Of a stretch of 64,000 nucleotides of DNA, positions 61,682 to 64,000 are shown piece after piece (the stretch's first letter is position 1; every line of letters starts with the position of its first letter). The stretch covers positions 2,304,001 to 2,368,000 of the forward strand of contig OY729428.2 in the NCBI GenBank assembly GCA_963422375.2, given 5' to 3'. The translations under genes were made by a program, and so were the position numbers. The notes beneath the pieces are model-generated. The model saw nothing but the letters and a program-made list of their open reading frames with translations, was not told the origin of the DNA and searched no databases. The stretch is from Bryobacterales bacterium. GTDB taxonomy: Bacteria > Acidobacteriota > Terriglobia > Bryobacterales > UBA6623.

Positions 61682-63288
61682 GGAATGCCCTTTCTCGGAC
61701 GTGTGCGACACGTTCGACCCTCGACGCTCAGCCTCCCACGCCTACGGCAGCGCTGGTCGGGCTGTCGAAGAGAGTTGGACTAACGAGGGCTCCGTGCGGT
61801 TTCACTTAGCTTGGGATTTCGCAAGGCCGAGCCTGCTTGGTTCCATCGGGCTCGCAGGCCACCCACGCCTGCTCGCGTGCTCCGGGACGGGCAGGGCTGC
61901 TCGCCGGCCTGTAAGAGCACTCGGGGCGCGGACGGGCAACACCGTCAATCTGCTGTCCGGCTTCCGCCGACCCGGCGGGAGGCAGTTCCAGCGGCCGGGC
62001 ATTGAAGTGCCCCGAGCAGGAAGGGAGGGATGCACGGATTCCCCTGGTGACGACCGGCATCGGGTGTGAGTCGAATGCCCCATTCCGAGAGTCTGGTCCG
62101 GACAGGCATTCGGGACGGCAGGGGCAACGGAGGCTGCGAAGGAATAGTGCGTCGACGGGAACGGCGCGAACGCTCCGCCTAGGCTTGGGCAACAGGGCTG
62201 GACAGTATGCTACGGACCGGCCATTCGGGTAGAGATGCCCCCAGCATGCGGCATTCCAACGAGACGACCACGGCGAGACGGCGCCAACCCCGGCTCGCGG
62301 GCTCCGACTCCGGTCGGCGGGTGACCGCGAACGACGTACCGGTAAGGCCTAGCGGCACCTGCATCACGTCAGTGTCGAAAGGCTGGGTGCCAAGCCCTCG
62401 GGGCGGAGAGGCGACGCTCCGCTCCCTCGAGACCTGCTCGTACCAGCTGTGACTACGGTTCAGCCGCAGCAGGGCCTGTCCGCGATGGCTCCTCGTCCGT
62501 CGCTTGCGCCGGAATGCGAGCGGGTCGGCTCCGCCACGCCGGTCGAACTCTCGATCGGGTGCCGAGACTCGCTGTTGAGACTCCCGAATGAATCCGTCAA
62601 GGCGAGAACTTCCGCTCCGAGGCCCGCCGGTGACGTCGCCAGGTGAGACACTCCCGGCAACGCCCGTTGCACTTCGAGAGCCGAATCGCCGTCCCGTGTC
62701 CGCTGTCTCCGTCCGGGGCTATGGCCCGCGACCTGTCGCCGGTCACTTCACTTGACTCCCTGTGCCACCGGACGAATCGCCGCGCGGGCCGGTCCCACGC
62801 GGCTCCATAGGTCCAGCCATCCATGCGACATCCGATAGGGACACCCACGGGATGCCCGAGTCGTGCGACACGGGTGGAGCCAGGCAAGTTCGCGAGACCT
62901 CACTGGTGACGGAGTGCATGTGGTCTGGAGAATCGTTCGTGACGCCTCGCTCTTGTTCGAGTTGCCCCACTCGGCCGACCGACGGGGCAACCGAGCGTCT
63001 CCGGCCGCTCGATCAGATCGCGCCACTGCAGCAGGTAGCCAACGTCGAGCTCGCGGAGCGCCGGGGTGGGCACGAAGCCAGACGAGCAGCGTGCTCTGTT
63101 CCCGTGTCGCTGGCGCGATACTGGCGTTCGCCTCTATCTCTCCAAATCAGGCGCGGCACCCCCGGCCGAGGGGCTCGTCGCCGGGCGGACTTCGAGATGC
63201 CCCAAGTACGGCGGACCAGACCGGCATGCCGGACCGTCGTTGCATGGCATCCCGCTGCAACAAGGAATCGCTACGCTACAGTGAAGCG

Positions 63289-64000
63289 ATGCTCCGCTCG
63301 GCGGCGACCCTCGCCCTCGCCTCTCTACTCGGCTGCGTCGCGCCGTACCCGGAATCGGATCAATCCAGCATGGACTTTAGTGTCAAGGTGAAGGACTACG
63401 TATCCGTCAGGCTGGAGGCCGACACCAGCGCGCTGACCGCCGGGCAGAAAGCTATGATTCCAGTGCTGGTCGAGGCCGCAGCGATCATGGACGGCCTATT
63501 CTGGCAGCAAGCCTTCGGGGGCAAGGAACAGTTCCTGCGCGGGATTGCAGATCCGAACGCCCGGCGGTTCGCGGAAATCAACTACGGGCCGTGGGACCGC
63601 CTCGGTGCCAACCGGCCGTTTCTGGCGGGCTTCGGGCCCAAGCCTCCCGGCGCGAACTACTATCCTCCCGACATGACCAAGGAGGAATTCGATGAGGCGG
63701 CCAAGGCCGAGCCAGAGTTGCGCAGCCAGTACGCGCTGATTCGCCGGGATTCCGCAGGCGCGCTGATTGCCGTCCCGTACCACAAGGTATTCCAAGAGGA
63801 GCTATCGAAAGCGGCCGCGCTATTGCGGCAGGCGGCTGGAATGGCCGAGCACGGCGGCTTCCGGCACTACCTCAAATCTCGCGCAACCGCCCTGGAGACG
63901 AACGACTACCAAGGCAGCGATTTCGCTTGGATGGACATGCGCGGCAACGCCATCGACATCGTTATCGGTCCGATCGAGTCGTACGAGGACAGGCTTTTCG
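63289..64000 (+). CDS. Peptidase M49 (DPP III-like) lipoprotein, 3'-partial; not in the ORF track
   Basis: My translation: MLRSAATLALASLLGC..., INYGPWDRL, PPGANYYPPDMTKEEF, SDFAWMDM, IGPIESYEDRLF. Confidence 0.9.
   Translation, partial: MLRSAATLALASLLGCVAPYPESDQSSMDFSVKVKDYVSVRLEADTSALTAGQKAMIPVLVEAAAIMDGLFWQQAFGGKEQFLRGIADPNARRFAEINYGPWDRLGANRPFLAGFGPKPPGANYYPPDMTKEEFDEAAKAEPELRSQYALIRRDSAGALIAVPYHKVFQEELSKAAALLRQAAGMAEHGGFRHYLKSRATALETNDYQGSDFAWMDMRGNAIDIVIGPIESYEDRLF

Overview
GC-rich bacterial DNA, probably Acidobacteriota (Bryobacterales-like). This is inferred from an ADOP-type duplicated ABC permease, a TIGR03437-like domain, an Oar-type TonB receptor and a DUF1553/DUF1501 pair. Housekeeping and metabolic genes include three sulfatases, msrP, a probable PPi-dependent PEP carboxykinase, galM, hspQ-htpG, tpx, mtaB, tyrS-purN-purM, an epimerase and peptidases. 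They are interspersed with many decaying insertion sequences: five IS1595-family copies of two types, one IS30, one IS5/ISNCY-like element, a 255-bp MITE and a palindromic element built from two IS left ends. There is also a ruined defence island (RM methylase fragment, Thoeris-like TIR split by IS30, DUF262 split by IS1595). The most striking signal is mutational. IS copies of four unrelated types repeatedly show CTGG/CCAG->CCGG (and CTAC->CTGC) changes at conserved residues, while single-copy pseudogenes keep these motifs and host genes show the opposite-looking CCTGG->CCTAG drift. This suggests a repeat-directed, GC-biased mutation or conversion process. Other items worth checking are a TIGR03437-heme c-copper monooxygenase fusion, a frame-restoring 13-bp VNTR in the IS30 transposase and a 20-aa Ibs-like peptide. 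All family calls come from motif recognition by eye; no searches were run. No rRNA, tRNA or CRISPR array was seen.
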